Below, one piece after another: positions 36,945 to 49,860 of a DNA stretch of 64,000 nucleotides (within the stretch, counting starts at the first letter, position 1; the number at the start of each line of letters is the position of its first letter). Origin of the DNA: Macrostomum lignano (lineage: Eukaryota); assembly GCA_002269645.1 (NCBI GenBank), contig NIVC01001413.1, forward strand, positions 1-64,000, given 5' to 3'. Made by a program: the position numbers and the translations under genes. The notes beneath the pieces were generated by a model, which saw only the letters and a program-made list of their open reading frames with translations, did not search any database and had not been told where the DNA came from.

Positions 36945-37915
36945 GTATCTGTAGATGTGGATTGATGTCTGTAGATGTGGATTGATGTCTGTAGATGTGG
37001 ATTGATGTCTGTAGATGTGGATATATGTCTGTAGATGTGAATTGATGCCTGTAGATGTGGATTGATGCCTGTAGATGTGGATTGATGTCTGTAGATGTGG
37101 ATTGATGCCTGTAGATGTGGATTGATGCCTGTAGATGTGGATTGACGTCTGTAGATGTGGATTGATGTCTGTAGATGTGGATTGATGTCTGTAGATGTGG
37201 ATTTTTGATGTCTGTAGATGTGGATTGATGTCTGCAGATGTGGATTGATGCCTGTAGATGTGGATTGATGCCTGTAGATGTGGATTGACGTCTGTAGATG
37301 TGGATATATGTCTGTAGATGTGGATTGATGCCTGTAGATGTGGATTGATGCCTGTAGATGTGGATTGATGCCTGTAGATGTGGATTGATGTCTGTAGATG
37401 TGGATTGATGCCTGTAGATGTGAATTGATGTCTGTAGATGTGGATTGATGTCTGTAGATGTAGATTGATGTCTTTAGATGTGGATTGATGTCTGTAGATG
37501 TGGATTTTTTATGTCTGTAGATGTGGATTGATGTCTTTAGATGTGGATTGATGTCTGTAGATGTGAATTGATGCCTGTAGATGTGGATTTTTGATGTCTG
37601 TAGATGTAGATTGATGTCTGTAGATGTGGATTGATGTCTGTAGATGTGGATTGATGTCTGTAGATGTGGATTGATGTCTGTAGATGTGGATATATGTCTG
37701 TAGATGTGAATTGATGCCTGTAGATGTGGATTGATGCCTGTAGATGTGGATTGATGTCTGTAGATGTGGATTGATGCCTGTAGATGTGGATTGATGCCTG
37801 TAGATGTGGATTGACGTCTGTAGATGTGGATTGATGTCTGTAGATGTGGATTGATGTCTGTAGATTTGGATTGATGTCTGTAGATGTGGATTGATGTCTG
37901 TAGATGTGAATTGAT
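36945..37915. repeat. 20-bp minisatellite, FoxF intron 2
   Basis: tgtagatgtggattgatgtc units. Confidence 0.95.
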
Positions 37916-38469
37916 TAACTGATTCTTAATTGATATCCATAGAGCAGTTTAAGCAGCTGTGGAAATAATTTCTAACTTCTTATCTCGGCAATAGAAATAT
38001 TTGTTAAACATTATTCTCATTGGCTAGCCTATAGAGTGCGGAGGACGCTGAGGAGCAGAATTGGCGTCAGCTGTAGTTGTGTTAAGCTAACATCCCATAC
38101 GGCATCCATTCAATGAAACTGCGTGTCGTGAAAATCATGTCGAGAATCGATTTGTATACGCTATGCACGATTCCAACGGCATCTCATTCAGATATATTGA
38201 CAAGGCAAGGCCAAGGTTCAGTCGACCACTTCCTGCTGAATGAACTCTCATGAATAATTTATTTATAGGGTTGGGAGGCCAACTCGGGGCACTATCGAGG
38301 GCCCCATGCGGCCCAACAGGTCAGGCTGGTCCAGTGCAATGCAATGAAACTTGAGACTCTTGGGAACCTCGGCTTGTGGCTTGCGACTATGCTTTGGCCC
38401 GGTGCGCTTTGTAGCCTGCGGCTGGTTGAGCAATGATATATTTCTGACGGGGATCCGGCCTCCGTTGAG

Positions 38470-39075
38470 GTCATTTTAGATCTGGCGCCTTTCTGTGGCT
38501 GCCATTTTAGATCTGGCGCCTTTCTGTGGTTGCCATTTTAGATCTGGCGCCTCTCTGTGGCTGCCATTTTAGATCTGGCGCCTCTCTGTGGGTGCCATTT
38601 TAGATCTGGCGCCTCTCTGTGGGTGCCATTTTAAATCTGGCGCCTCTCTGTGGCTGCCATTTTAGATCTGGCGCCTTTCTGTGGCTGCCATTTTAGATCT
38701 GGCGCCTTTCTGTGGCTGCCATTTTAGATCTGGCGCCTCTCTGTGGGTGCCATTTTAGATCTGGCGCCTCTCTGTGGCTGCCATTTTAGATCTGGCGCCT
38801 TTCTGTGGCTGCCATTTTAGATCTGGCGCCTCTCTGTGGGTGCCATTTTAGATCTGGCACCTCTCTGTGGGTGCCATTTTAGATCTGGCGCCTCCCTGTG
38901 GTTGCCATTTTCGATCTGGCGCCTCTCTGTGGGTGCCATTTTAGATCTGGCGCCTTTCTGTGGGTGCCATTTTAGATCTGGCGCCTCTCTGTGGGTGCCA
39001 TTTTAGATCTGGCGCCTTTCTGTGGGTGCCATTTTAGATCTGGCGCCTCTCTGTGGTTGCCATTTTAGATCTGGC
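38470..39075. repeat. 31-bp minisatellite, FoxF intron 2
   Basis: gccattttagatctggcgcctctctgtgggt units. Confidence 0.95.
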
Positions 39076-40159
39076 AAAAATTTTTCATCGAGTTTTTTCT
39101 GCGCATTTTTTTGCAGGGATTTCACATTTTTCTTGCGTTCAGAAAGTCAGGATCATCACCGGATCAGGGGTCCCCGGTAGGCAATTTCGGGGGATTTTTA
39201 GGATTCTACCTGTCGGATGATCCGTATATTCTGCATGGAATGGGACTGCTATTAGATAAAGTCGCCAGCTGCCCCTCCCCTTTCTGGAGGAGCATTGCGT
39301 TGCGCTGCATCATTTAGCTCGCATGCACAAAGCTCTGATGGAGGGATTATTTTATCTGGTCCCGTCTGTTTATACCTCGGTCCTATACCTGCCCGCGTGC
39401 CCTGTCTTCCCGCGTTTTACCTCGACCGCTCCGTGTGTGGGGGGAACGTGGTGGGTCCTGCAACTCTATACAGAGGCCGCCCTGGCTCCTCCATTGAAGT
39501 CATCCACCTGTGCCGGGGTTCGATTCCAACATTTTTTCCCGACAGTACTGGCGACCGCCGTACCCCCCCCCCCCGCCCGCAAAACAAAACGGACGGGAAG
39601 CCATTTATGCAAAAGATAAAAAAGAGGAAAATTTCAAGCATTTCACCGTCAAACTGAACTGGGGGGGTTCTAAAATATGTAGATAATTGCAGCCAGATAA
39701 GAACTGGGGGGAACTCTGAAGCTGGGGACGTCTGGAAAATGGATCTTGGACTGGAGGCAATTTCGTTTCGATTTCTACGAAAATATAAGCTCCTGTAATC
39801 TAAAAGCTACTCATTTTTCAGTAGCATTATAGCGGGGCAGATGACCCCCTTTTTTATTAGTTTTTAATAGTTGCTTGTAGGAGTAATGATTTTTCGAGTG
39901 GGTTTCCAATCCAAGTTACTCATTATACAGAATATCCCGCAGTGGTCCATGGAGCTTAGTTAGAAATGCTGATAGTGGCAAAAGACATCTGCCGCTTTGA
40001 CTCCCATCTAATAGGGGGGGGGGGAGGGGCGGCGTGTGGCGGGAAGAGAGACAACCGAAATTTGATGGTTAAAATCTGGAAGAAATAGATATAAAAATAC
40101 GCTGGTATTTTGTAGTTTCTTATGTAAAGCTTGTGTGATTTCGAGTTTGAGATATTAGA

Positions 40160-40750
40160 TTTTGTGAATATTGGAGTTTGTGAAAATTAGAGTTTGTGAA
40201 AATTAGAGTTTGTGAAAATTAGAGTTTGTGAAAATTAGAGTTTGTGAAAATTCGAGTTTGTGAAGATTAGAGTTTGTGAAGATTAGAGTTTGTGAAGATT
40301 AGAGTTTGTGAAAATTCGAGTTTGTGAAGATTAGAGTTTGTGAAGATTAGAGTTTGTGAATATTAGAGTTTGTGAATTAGAGTTTGTGAAAATTAGAGTT
40401 TGTGAAGATTCGAGTTTGTGAAGATTAGAGTTTGTGAAGATTCGAGTTTGTGAAGATTCGAGTTTGTGAAGATTCGAGTTTGTGAAAATTCGAGTTTGTG
40501 AAGATTCGAGTTTGTGAAAATTCGAGTTTGTGAAGATTCGAGTTTGTGAATATTCGAGTTTGTGAAAATTCGAGTTTAAAGATTCGAGTTTCTGAAGATT
40601 CGAGTTTTTAAAGATTCGAGTTTGTGAAGATTCGAGTTTTTAAAGATTCGAGTTTGTGAAGATTCGAGTTTGTGAAGATTCGAGTTTGTAAAGATTCGAG
40701 TTTTTAAAGATTCGAGTTTTTAAAGATTCGAGTTTGTGAAGATTAGAGTT
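40160..40750. repeat. 16-bp minisatellite, FoxF intron 2
   Basis: agtttgtgaagattcg units. Confidence 0.95.
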
Positions 40751-41094
40751 CGTCAATTTTCAAGGTTGAGATTCGCCGGTTTTATGTCTGTATTTAACAA
40801 TGTATTTTTTATGTTTAGCTGTGAAACTTAATGCCTACAGTAAGTCAGTGGCTTTGTATTGCTAGATGGTTTTAAGGTGATAAAGAATAGCTTTGGTAAT
40901 ACATTTATGTATATTAGCCTTGGCATCGTGTGAGTGAGGGTTTCCGTAGCAACAAATCGAAGCGACTTTGAGGCTTTGGTCTAAGATTACATGCGGCTGA
41001 TTAATGAATTGGCGATTAAAAATATCAGATTAGAAGATTAGCAAGATGGAAGGATTAGGGAGTTAAGGGAGTCGAAGAGCAAATAGAGGGAGAT

Positions 41095-41960
41095 GAAGGG
41101 GTGAAACAGAGACAGATGAAGGGGTGAGACAGAGACAGATGAAGGGTGAGACAGAGACAGATGAAGGGTGAGACAGAGACAGATGAAGGGGTGAGACAGA
41201 GACAGGTGAAGGGGTGAGACAGAGACAGATGAAGGGGTGAGACAGAGACAGATGAAGGGGTGAGACAGAGACAGATGAAGGGTGAGACAGAGACAGATGA
41301 AGGGTGAGACAGAGACAGATGAAGGGGTGAGACAGAGACAGATGAAGGGTGAGACAGAGACAGATGAAGGGTGAGACAGAGACAGATGAAGGGGTGAGAC
41401 AGAGACAGATGAAGGGTGAGACAGAGACAGATGAAGGGTGAGACAGAGACAGATGAAGGGTGAGACAGAGACAGATGAAGGGGCGAGACAGAGACAGATG
41501 AAGGGTGAGACAGAGACAGATGAAGGGGTGAGACAGAGACAGATGAAGGGTGAGACAGAGACAGATGAAGGGGTGAGACAGAGACAGATGAAGGGGTGAG
41601 ACAGAGACAGATGAAGGGTGAGACAGAGACAGATGAAGGGTGAGACAGAGACAGATGAAGGGGTGAGACAGAGACAGATGAAGGGTGAGACAGAGACAGA
41701 TGAAGGGTGAGACAGAGACAGATGAAGGGTGAGACAGAGACAGATGAAGGGGCGAGACAGAGACAGATGAAGGGTGAGACAGAGACAGATGAAGGGTGAG
41801 ACAGAGACAGATGAAGGGTGAGACAGAGACAGATGAAGGGTGAGACAGAGACAGATGAAGGGTGAGACAGAGACAGATGAAGGGTGAGACAGAGACAGAT
41901 GAAGGGGTGAGACAGAGACAGATGAAGGGGTGAGACAGAGACAGATGAAGGGGAGAGACA
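41095..41960. repeat. 22-23-bp minisatellite, FoxF intron 2
   Basis: gagacagagacagatgaagggt units. Confidence 0.95.
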
Positions 41961-42048
41961 GAGGACTTCTCTAAGGAAAATAAATAGGAGATCTATATAA
42001 AAAATTCCTTCAATTGGTTTCCACTCCAACAAAAAACTCCAGTCGCAG

Positions 42049-42258
42049 GCATTCGCCGATCGGAGAAGCCGCCGTACTCCTACATCGCGTTGATCGTGAT
42101 GGCTATTCAAGCTTCGCCAATGAAACGGTGCACCCTAGCCGAGATCTATCAGTACCTGCAGGATAATTTCGTTTTCTTTCGCGGCCAATACCAGGGTTGG
42201 AAGAACTCTGTCAGACACAATCTGTCCTTGAATGAGTGCTTCATCAAACTGCCTAAAG
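42049..42258 (+). CDS. FoxF: FoxF exon 3 (forkhead domain, N-terminal part)
   Basis: [70 protein letters not shown]; FoxF-diagnostic residues (GIRR, FFRG.YQGWKNS). Confidence 0.95.
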
Positions 42259-42319
42259 GTGAGTAGCACACATTTTTTATGGGATTTTATGAACTTATTG
42301 ATATTGATGATGTAGATCA

Positions 42320-44190
42320 CTGAGACTGATCCGGGAGTGACTCTCAGGGGCTGATCATGGAGTGACTCTCAGGGGCTGATCATGGAGTGACTCTCAGTGG
42401 TTGACCCCGGAGTGACTCTCAGTGGTTGACCCCGGAGTGACTCTCAGGGGCTGATCATGGATCATGGAGTGACTCTCAGTGGTTGATCCCGGAGTGACTC
42501 TCAGTGGTTGATCCCGGAGTGACTCTCAGTGGTTGATCCCGGAGTGACTCTTAGTGGTTGACCCCGGAGTGACTCTCAGGGGCTGATCATGGATCATGGA
42601 GTGACTCTCAGTGGTTGATCCCGGAGTGACTCTCAGGGGCTGATCATGGATCATGGAGTGACTCTCAGTGGTTGATCCCGGAGTGACTCTCAGTGGTTGA
42701 TCCCGGAGTGACTCTCAGTGGTTGACCCCGGAGTGACTCTCAGGGGCTGATCATGGATCATGGAGTGACTCTCAGTGGTTGATCCCGGAGTGACTCTCAG
42801 TGGTTGATCCCGGAGTGACTCTTAGTGGTTGACCCCGGAGTGACTCTCAGGGGCTGATCATGGAGTGACTCTCAGGGACTGATCATGAAGTTCTCAGAGG
42901 CCGAGCATGGAGTGACTCTCAGGATGAGCCGAGCTTGAGTGACTCTCAGGATGAGCCGAGCTGGAGTGACTCTCAGGATGGGGAGCTTGAGTGACTCTCA
43001 GGATGGGGAGCTTGAGTGACTCTCAGGATGGGGAGCTTGAGTGACTCTCAGGATGGGGAGCTTGAGTGACTCTCAGGATGGGGAGCTTGAGTGACTCTCA
43101 GGATGGGGAGCTTGAGTGACTCTCAGGATGGGGAGCTTGAGTGACTCTCAGGATGGGGAGCTTGAGTGACTCTCAGGATGGGGAGCTTGAGTGACTCTCA
43201 GGATGGGGAGCTTGAGTGACTCTCAGGATGGGGAGCTTGAGTGACTCTCAGGATGGGGAGCTTGAGTGACTCTCAGGATGGGGAGCTGGAGTGACTCTCA
43301 GGATGAGGAGCTTGAGTGACTCTCAGGATGGGGAGCTGGAGTGACTCTCAGGATGAGCCGAGCTGGAGTGACTCTCAGGATGAGCCGAGCTTGAGTGACT
43401 CTCAGGATGGGGAGCTTGAGTGACTCTCAGGATGGGGAGCTTGAGTGACTCTCAGGATGGGGAGCTTGAGTGACTCTCAGGATGGGGAGCTTGAGTGACT
43501 CTCAGGATGGGGAGCTTGAGTGACTCTCAGGATGGGGAGCTTGAGTGACTCTCAGGATGGGGAGCTTGAGTGACTCTCAGGATGGGGAGCTTGAGTGACT
43601 CTCAGGATGGGGAGCTTGAGTGACTCTCAGGATGGGGAGCTTGAGTGACTCTCAGGATGGGGAGCTTGAGTGACTCTCAGGATGGGGAGCTTGAGTGACT
43701 CTCAGGATGGGGAGCTGGAGTGATTCTCAGGATGGGGAGCTGGAGTGACTCTCAGGATGGGGAGCTGGAGTGACTCTCAGGATGGGGAGCTTGAGTGACT
43801 CTCAGGATGGGGAGCTTGAGTGACTCTCAGGATGGGCCGAGCTGGAGTGATTCTCAGGATGAGGAACTGGAGTGACTCTCAGGATGGGCCGAGCTGGAGT
43901 GACTCTCAGGATGGGGAGCTTGAGTGACTCTCAGGATGGGGAGCTTGAGTGACTATCAGGATGGGGAGCTTGAGTGACTCTCAGGATGAGGAGCTTGAGT
44001 GACTCTCAGGATGGGGAGCTTGAGTGACTCTCAGGATGGGGAGCTTGAGTGACTCTCAGGATGAGGAGCTGGAGTGACTCTCAGGATGGGGAGCTGGAGT
44101 GATTCTCAGGATGAGGAACTGGAGTGACTCTCAGGATGGGCCGAGCTGGAGTGACTCTCAGGATGAGGAACTGGAGTGACTCTCATAGTG
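42320..44190. repeat. 24-25-bp minisatellite with two sub-arrays, FoxF intron 3
   Basis: Shared core gagtgactctcag; flanks switch from tggttgatcccg to gatggggagctt near 42900. Confidence 0.95.
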
Positions 44191-44932
44191 AAGATCAGAT
44201 CTCGAGTGATAAATCAAGAATTCGATGAAGTTTCCAGCTTCAAAACTCAGACAGAATACCTTCACCGCTAATTATAGCTTTCAAACTCATGGATGAACAT
44301 TTCAAACACTGTAAGAAATTTCTGGGGTACCAATTAGCTTAGGGTGACTCTGTACAAAGTTTTAGCCTAAGAGTGAGGATGCCAGAGACAGGGCGGGAAG
44401 ACACCCGAGGTTGGATACGGGACATCTGGTCCTTAGTAACGCCCCCCCCCCAGCCCCGAAGCCACAGCCACAACCACAGCTGTTTATTATCCTGGTTCCG
44501 ACCAAAGAAAAGACTGCTGGAAGTTCTGCTTCCCAAGAACAGATTTGTATTGGCCTTATTACATTGATTAGCTGTTAAAATAAACAGATTCTGGCGGGAG
44601 GGACTTCGGTGTCTAAACGCGTTTTTCCTCAAACCGCAACTTCTACCCAGAATCTCTTCCGATGGTTTTGAAGTGGGCTACCTGATTTACTTAAAATGCC
44701 AAAAACAAAAATCTCCCGCCGAAAGGGTGGTAGGTTTCGTTTAGAATCGGGATGGATGGTTCGATACAACTTGAAGAGGTTTTTCAATTCCTCCATTCTA
44801 TACAGACTGTAGCGGTTCAGTGCTTGCTTTAGATTGTAAACAGTTTCCTCTTGTCTAGGAGAATAAGGCCTATAGTGGAGTCTGAACTGTATTGAAATCT
44901 GAGTGAATGAATGCTTTCGCCGCCTCCTCCAG

Positions 44933-45061
44933 GCATCGGTCGTCCTGGAAAAGGTCACTACTGGACAGTCGACCAGCAGGCGGAGTTCATGTTCGAGGAC
45001 GGCAGCTACCGACGCAGGCCGCGTGGATTTCGACGTAATAAGCCTGGAGCTGCACCTCAAG

Positions 45062-45109
<48 letters not shown>

Positions 45110-45651
45110 TGTTGCAAACTCAATACCAACCTCAGCAGCAGCACCATCAGCAATACCTGACTTACCCGCCCGTACTGGGACCCTCTGGCGAGTTCAACAC
45201 TACGGAGCTTCATCATCAAGCTCATCAGCATCACCAGGCAGCTCTGACACCAACAGAACCTGGCATGAGTCATCAGCTGGACTGTCACGGCTGCGGCTTG
45301 GCCGTAGTGCAACAGTCTTCGTCCTCAGCCAGCTGGTGCAGTCAGTACCCGGAGCAGCCAGCTGGTGCCGCGGCTGCCGCCGCTGCTGCCGCCGCTGCCA
45401 GCAGCTGCTACTTCGGCGTGCACCACCACCATCACTACGGATCGGCTGCCGCAGCCGCTGCCGCCGCAGCTGCCGCCGCTGCCAGCACCGGAGCTGCGAG
45501 CTACCCCTGGCCTGGAGGCTTCCACCATCACCAACAGCAACATCAGCTGCAGCATCAGCAGCAACAGCATCACAATTTCCAGGCCTATCATCATCACTCA
45601 GAGGCTCTCGTGCCGCCACCGCCACAGCCGCATCAAGGCGGCTGCTATTGA
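44933..45651 (+). CDS. FoxF: FoxF exon 4 (forkhead C-terminal part plus polyQ/polyA/polyH tail)
   Basis: ctccag|44933; [35 protein letters not shown]; TGA at 45649-45651. Confidence 0.95.
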
Positions 45652-46325
45652 CAACAGAGTGGATAATAAAACCTTGAATTCTGGAGCAATCAGTGCTCGT
45701 GTGTCTGGTTTTGTTCGTTAAATTTTATCTTGAATTCAAATTGGCGCCAAATGGGATACAGTTAAACAATCGTTAAACATCCAAAAAACTTCATTGGGAG
45801 TTTCACTTCTTAATAATTAATTTTGGAGTGTTTAAACGATTATTTATCAGTCTCCCTTTGAAGTGAATTGAAATTGGATTTAAACAAACAATTTCACCAG
45901 ACAATATGAAAAACATTCGTTCAGTTTGTTATTGCAATCATTTTTGTTTTGAAATTAATTGTTTTGTAAATATAATGCCTTATATTTATGCACTTATTTG
46001 TACATTATCTATGCCGCTTTGTCATAGTATAGAAACGCAAAAAATCATGAAATAAAAACAATCGAACCGTCTTTGCCTTAATAAATTCATGTAATATTAA
46101 CTATACTCTGTTTTGCAACCTCTCTTATTGATATAATACGTTTTGCATCTCAGACAGCGGTACACAGAAGCTTAAATATTCAGTGCGATATGATGTGGCA
46201 TAATTTACGAGTAAGTAGTAAATCTTGATTGGATTTGAGCTCTTTATTAAAACTGCTGGTTGTTGGTTGTGCTGCGGAGGGCCACGAAACAGCATTCGAA
46301 AATGCTCGTCGGTCAGGTTGAATTT

Positions 46326-46561
46326 AGCCTCTGGAGCTGGCGCCTCTGGTGCTGGCGCCTCTGGTGCTGGCGCCTCTGGTGCTGGCGCCTCTGGTGCTGG
46401 CGCCTCTGGTGCTGGCGCCTCTGGTGCTGGCGCCTCTGGTGCTGGCGCCTCTGGTGCTGGCGCCTCTGGTGCTGGCGCCTCTGGTGCTGGCGCCTCTGGT
46501 GCTGGCGCCTCTGGTGCTAAAGCCTCTGGTGCTAAAGCCTCTGGTGCTAAAGCCTCTGGTG
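46326..46561. repeat. 15-bp minisatellite
   Basis: gctggcgcctctggt units. Confidence 0.95.
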
Positions 46562-48470
46562 ATGAAAGCAAATAATACAATATAAAAACATAAAAATTCC
46601 AAATGATTATCCCAAATAGATTTTTAACACATGTATTTTCCTTTCACCTCTTGATTGAAGCTTCCACACAATGCCATTTCAAGGCAACTTCATTCTACTC
46701 CAATTTCAGGACAAATAAAATGGCCATAACACCAATTTGAAGCGGTAAGCAGTTTTAAGAACCCAAATCCAGTTTAACAGACAGGCCCACCCATACTGTA
46801 ATTTCGGCATTTAAGCGGTTTTGGTTATAAAGGGTTTAAGGATTACGGCGTTCTGTGCGCGATTAAACTTCTGTTGGTGTTTATGTCACAGCACTGAAGC
46901 GTAATTCTTTAAGTGTATATAGGCTGCGGCTTTGCTGACTGTGCAGCCTACCTTGGCATCTTATATTGTATTTAACTAGTCCGACCAGAGACAAGCTCAA
47001 GGTAAATTGCGCGCGTCCTTTATATCATATAACTGGTTGGGGTGAAGCTGTTGAAGTTTTCTAACGGCCCAAGACCCAGATATTTGACGCTAATTTCTGC
47101 TTGCTTTCTTTTATAGATAGTCCTCCTTTTGGGTCGTTGAAGCGCTTTGAAAGCGGAGCGCGCTGTTGCTATTAAATAAACTGGTACGCAGGTAAACGGC
47201 TGCAGCGTGTTGTTGTGAAACAATTTGAAAATTTTCTCCACTTGACGCATGCACAGGTCCCACCTCTCTATATTAGCTGTGAAATTTGGCAACTAATATT
47301 CCCTCTTTAATGGTTAAAAACCCTCATTTTGCTACTATTAGTAGGACAGTAGGATAGTAGGAGATTAGAAGACAATGGAAAGTTAGGCATGGAGATTCTG
47401 GATTAAAAAGGAAGTGACAAGAATCTGCGGAATGGAGAATCTCCCCTATAGTGTTGGATGTCAAATCTGAAAGTTAAAAAGGTTCGAACGGAAAATAACT
47501 ACCATTTTGCAAACAGAACAGAAGACTGTTTGAGTCAGATGAAGTGAATAAAGAATTCGAAGGAGCTTGCGGTGAATGGGACAATGGGAGAGTGCATGTG
47601 ACGGTAAAATGATTGCCTGTGGAGCTAAAACAAGTGCCTGCGGCGCTATAACGAGTGCCTGCAGCGCTAAAATGAGTCCCTGCGGCGCCAAAATGAGCAC
47701 TGACCACACCGATTCTCAAAAAATAATGAACATGTAGGAATTTAGTCATGTACGATGTAGATGCAGAATTCTTGGCTTTGTCCCCTCCACCATAAAATCC
47801 ATGGCGACGCCCCTGTCCATAGACCTTGGCCTTACGCTCTTCTTTCTGTGGCCTGAATGCCCTCAAAATCCCTAGAACATATAGGCAACTATCCCCATCA
47901 AATCGAGGTAAAGTCAATCTAAATGAGTCAGAATTCATGGATTAGCTGATCCATTCCTTTTTTCCTTCTCAACTTCTTTTTTATTTCAAGCAGATTTTGA
48001 TAACATGGTTGTTCCAATTGGTCATCACTACTTTATACATAAAAGTCATCACTACGAGTACATTGTAATAATATAGACGAAATCATCTTGTCTAGAGTAG
48101 AGCTACCATATATTTTACGCAAACTTGATCTGTCACATTCGTTCATGTTTGGTGAATCGAACTAAAATGATCCAGAGCTTAAAAATCAGGTGGCATTACT
48201 AATGTTTTGCTTACATAGCTTACAGTAAATAGCTTACAGTAAAATACTTTGTTAAAACAGGAAAACGTAAAACACGCAATTCACTGCAGGAAGGCTTCAG
48301 AAACCACTTACGACTAAAATTAGCACCATTAATTGATAGCAAATATACATGTAGACACCTGTAGATTGCTTGAATTGAAGATTAAAAACGCATAATGATA
48401 TTTGTACAACTATTCAATAAAAACAAATATTTGGCATATTGTAGATTTAGAGTTGAACATTTAGTAAACA

Positions 48471-48694
48471 CAAGCAATCAGCGACCACCATTGGGGAGCC
48501 AACAAAGAATGAAATAAATTTTTAATAAACTACGTACATGTAGCTTCTGACCTTAGCCTCAACATCTCAGCAATTCCCCCCGTGAGCCTTGGTTACAGCC
48601 AACCTACAATTAATTTAATCTGCATTTTTCTTAAGAAAATTAAATTTGAGTTGCTACTTTTTAAGGGCCCCCCGAAGGGGGCGTAAACTACTAG
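48471..48694. mobile_element. Short Helitron-related fragment
   Basis: 48471-48650 is similar to the 53453 module; hairpin GCCCCC-CGAA-GGGGGC (48667-48682) plus CTAG|T (48691-48695). Confidence 0.45.
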
Positions 48695-48994
48695 TCTAAT
48701 ATACTAACAATAGCTGCACGCATGAGCTACATGTACTACACGTGAAAATTGTATGTTCAGTGTAACAAACACCGAGCCGCCTACTAAAAGTAGCAAACAG
48801 TGAATTTCGTCGAACATAAAATAAATGAGCTTTCATTAGAAAATCATTAAATAAAACACGAATGCATTCCGTGTGAGTTGAAGCAAAATTAGAATCGACC
48901 AATTCAAAATTAACAATTCCTTAAAAAACGCATTCAAAAACAAATCAGAAACTAACAAAAGTCCTCATCAGAAAATATTGAGTTTTTCGTTAAC

Positions 48995-49701
48995 TTAAAA
49001 AATCAGCGAGAAATCCGACAAATCTTCCACCATCTCTTTTCGCAATTTCTCAAAGCTGTGCCTCTTTGCGGTTATCTTGTACCAGGTGTCTCGATTCAGA
49101 TACTCATCGCTGTTGTCTCCCACGGCGTACAGCTCAGATTCCAGCAGCTTCTTACTGAAGTTAAAATGCTTTTGATCAAAATTGGCCGAGGTTATAACCG
49201 CTTGAACTGGCTCGCTCACGTCGTCTGGAGGGCAGTAGGCCAGAATCTTCGAGTGGCAGTAGTATAGCCTCTGCTTGAGAGACCCTTGACTCATCTCCTG
49301 CCAGTGAACCTCCACCGACTTGAGCTCGGATGCTAATTTGATGAAGAGTTCCGGTTTATCGCGGGTGCACAGAGTCAGCTTGACTTTGGAGCCTTCAGCG
49401 TCGCGTTGTTTCAAGATGTTTGCCAGGTAAACAGCGTTGAGATTCCGCTTGGGATTAAAGAAATTCTTTTGCGAATTAAAGAATGGCGACAAGATGAAAA
49501 CTTCGCCTCCGAGAGGCTGGCTGAACCACTCGAGTAGAGTAGCGTCCAGCAGGTGGATGAGCTGGTCGGATGTGAATTGTAAATCATCCAGCTCGATTAT
49601 AATTAATGAGCTGTCAGGCTTTCCCGACGATTTGTTCTCCTTCACTATTGGACTGCAAGTACATGGTGCACTTGCAAAGTGGCCGGTCGATGGTTGAACG
49701 T
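48995..49701 (-). CDS. PLD-superfamily nuclease-like domain, terminal exon
   Basis: Acceptor ttgtctcag|49701; VFILSPFF...YYCHSKILAY...VITSANF (single HxK...SAN motif, canonical Asp absent). Confidence 0.75.
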
Positions 49702-49860
49702 CTGAGACAATGGACCAATGTATATATGGTATGCGCGAGTGAACAAACAATAAGTACACGAGCTCATACGGTAATAACGGTCTGTGCTCGTTTGCTTAGA
49801 CAGGGTCCCCTGGACGAGAACTTGAGATACTACATGAGAATCTCTAGATGGGTGTGTCTA

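Noticed and set aside
38260-40040. Possible DNA transposon in FoxF intron 2
   Set aside because: GC-richer unique sequence around the 31-bp array, but no TIR, TSD or coding signature could be identified.
41055-42110. 351-aa - strand ORF
   Set aside because: Satellite plus antisense of the FoxF forkhead exon.
45200-45721. Multiple overlapping ORFs over FoxF exon 4
   Set aside because: Alternative frames and antisense of GC-rich triplet-repeat coding sequence.
46125-46602. (APEAP)n/(AGASG)n collagen- or silk-like ORFs
   Set aside because: 15-bp tandem repeat open in five frames; no evidence for which, if any, is coding.
48995-49759. Intronless bacterial contaminant or recent HGT for the PLD ORF
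   Set aside because: Canonical, phase-compatible splice sites link it to upstream exons; the track's ATG at 49759 lies in the intron.
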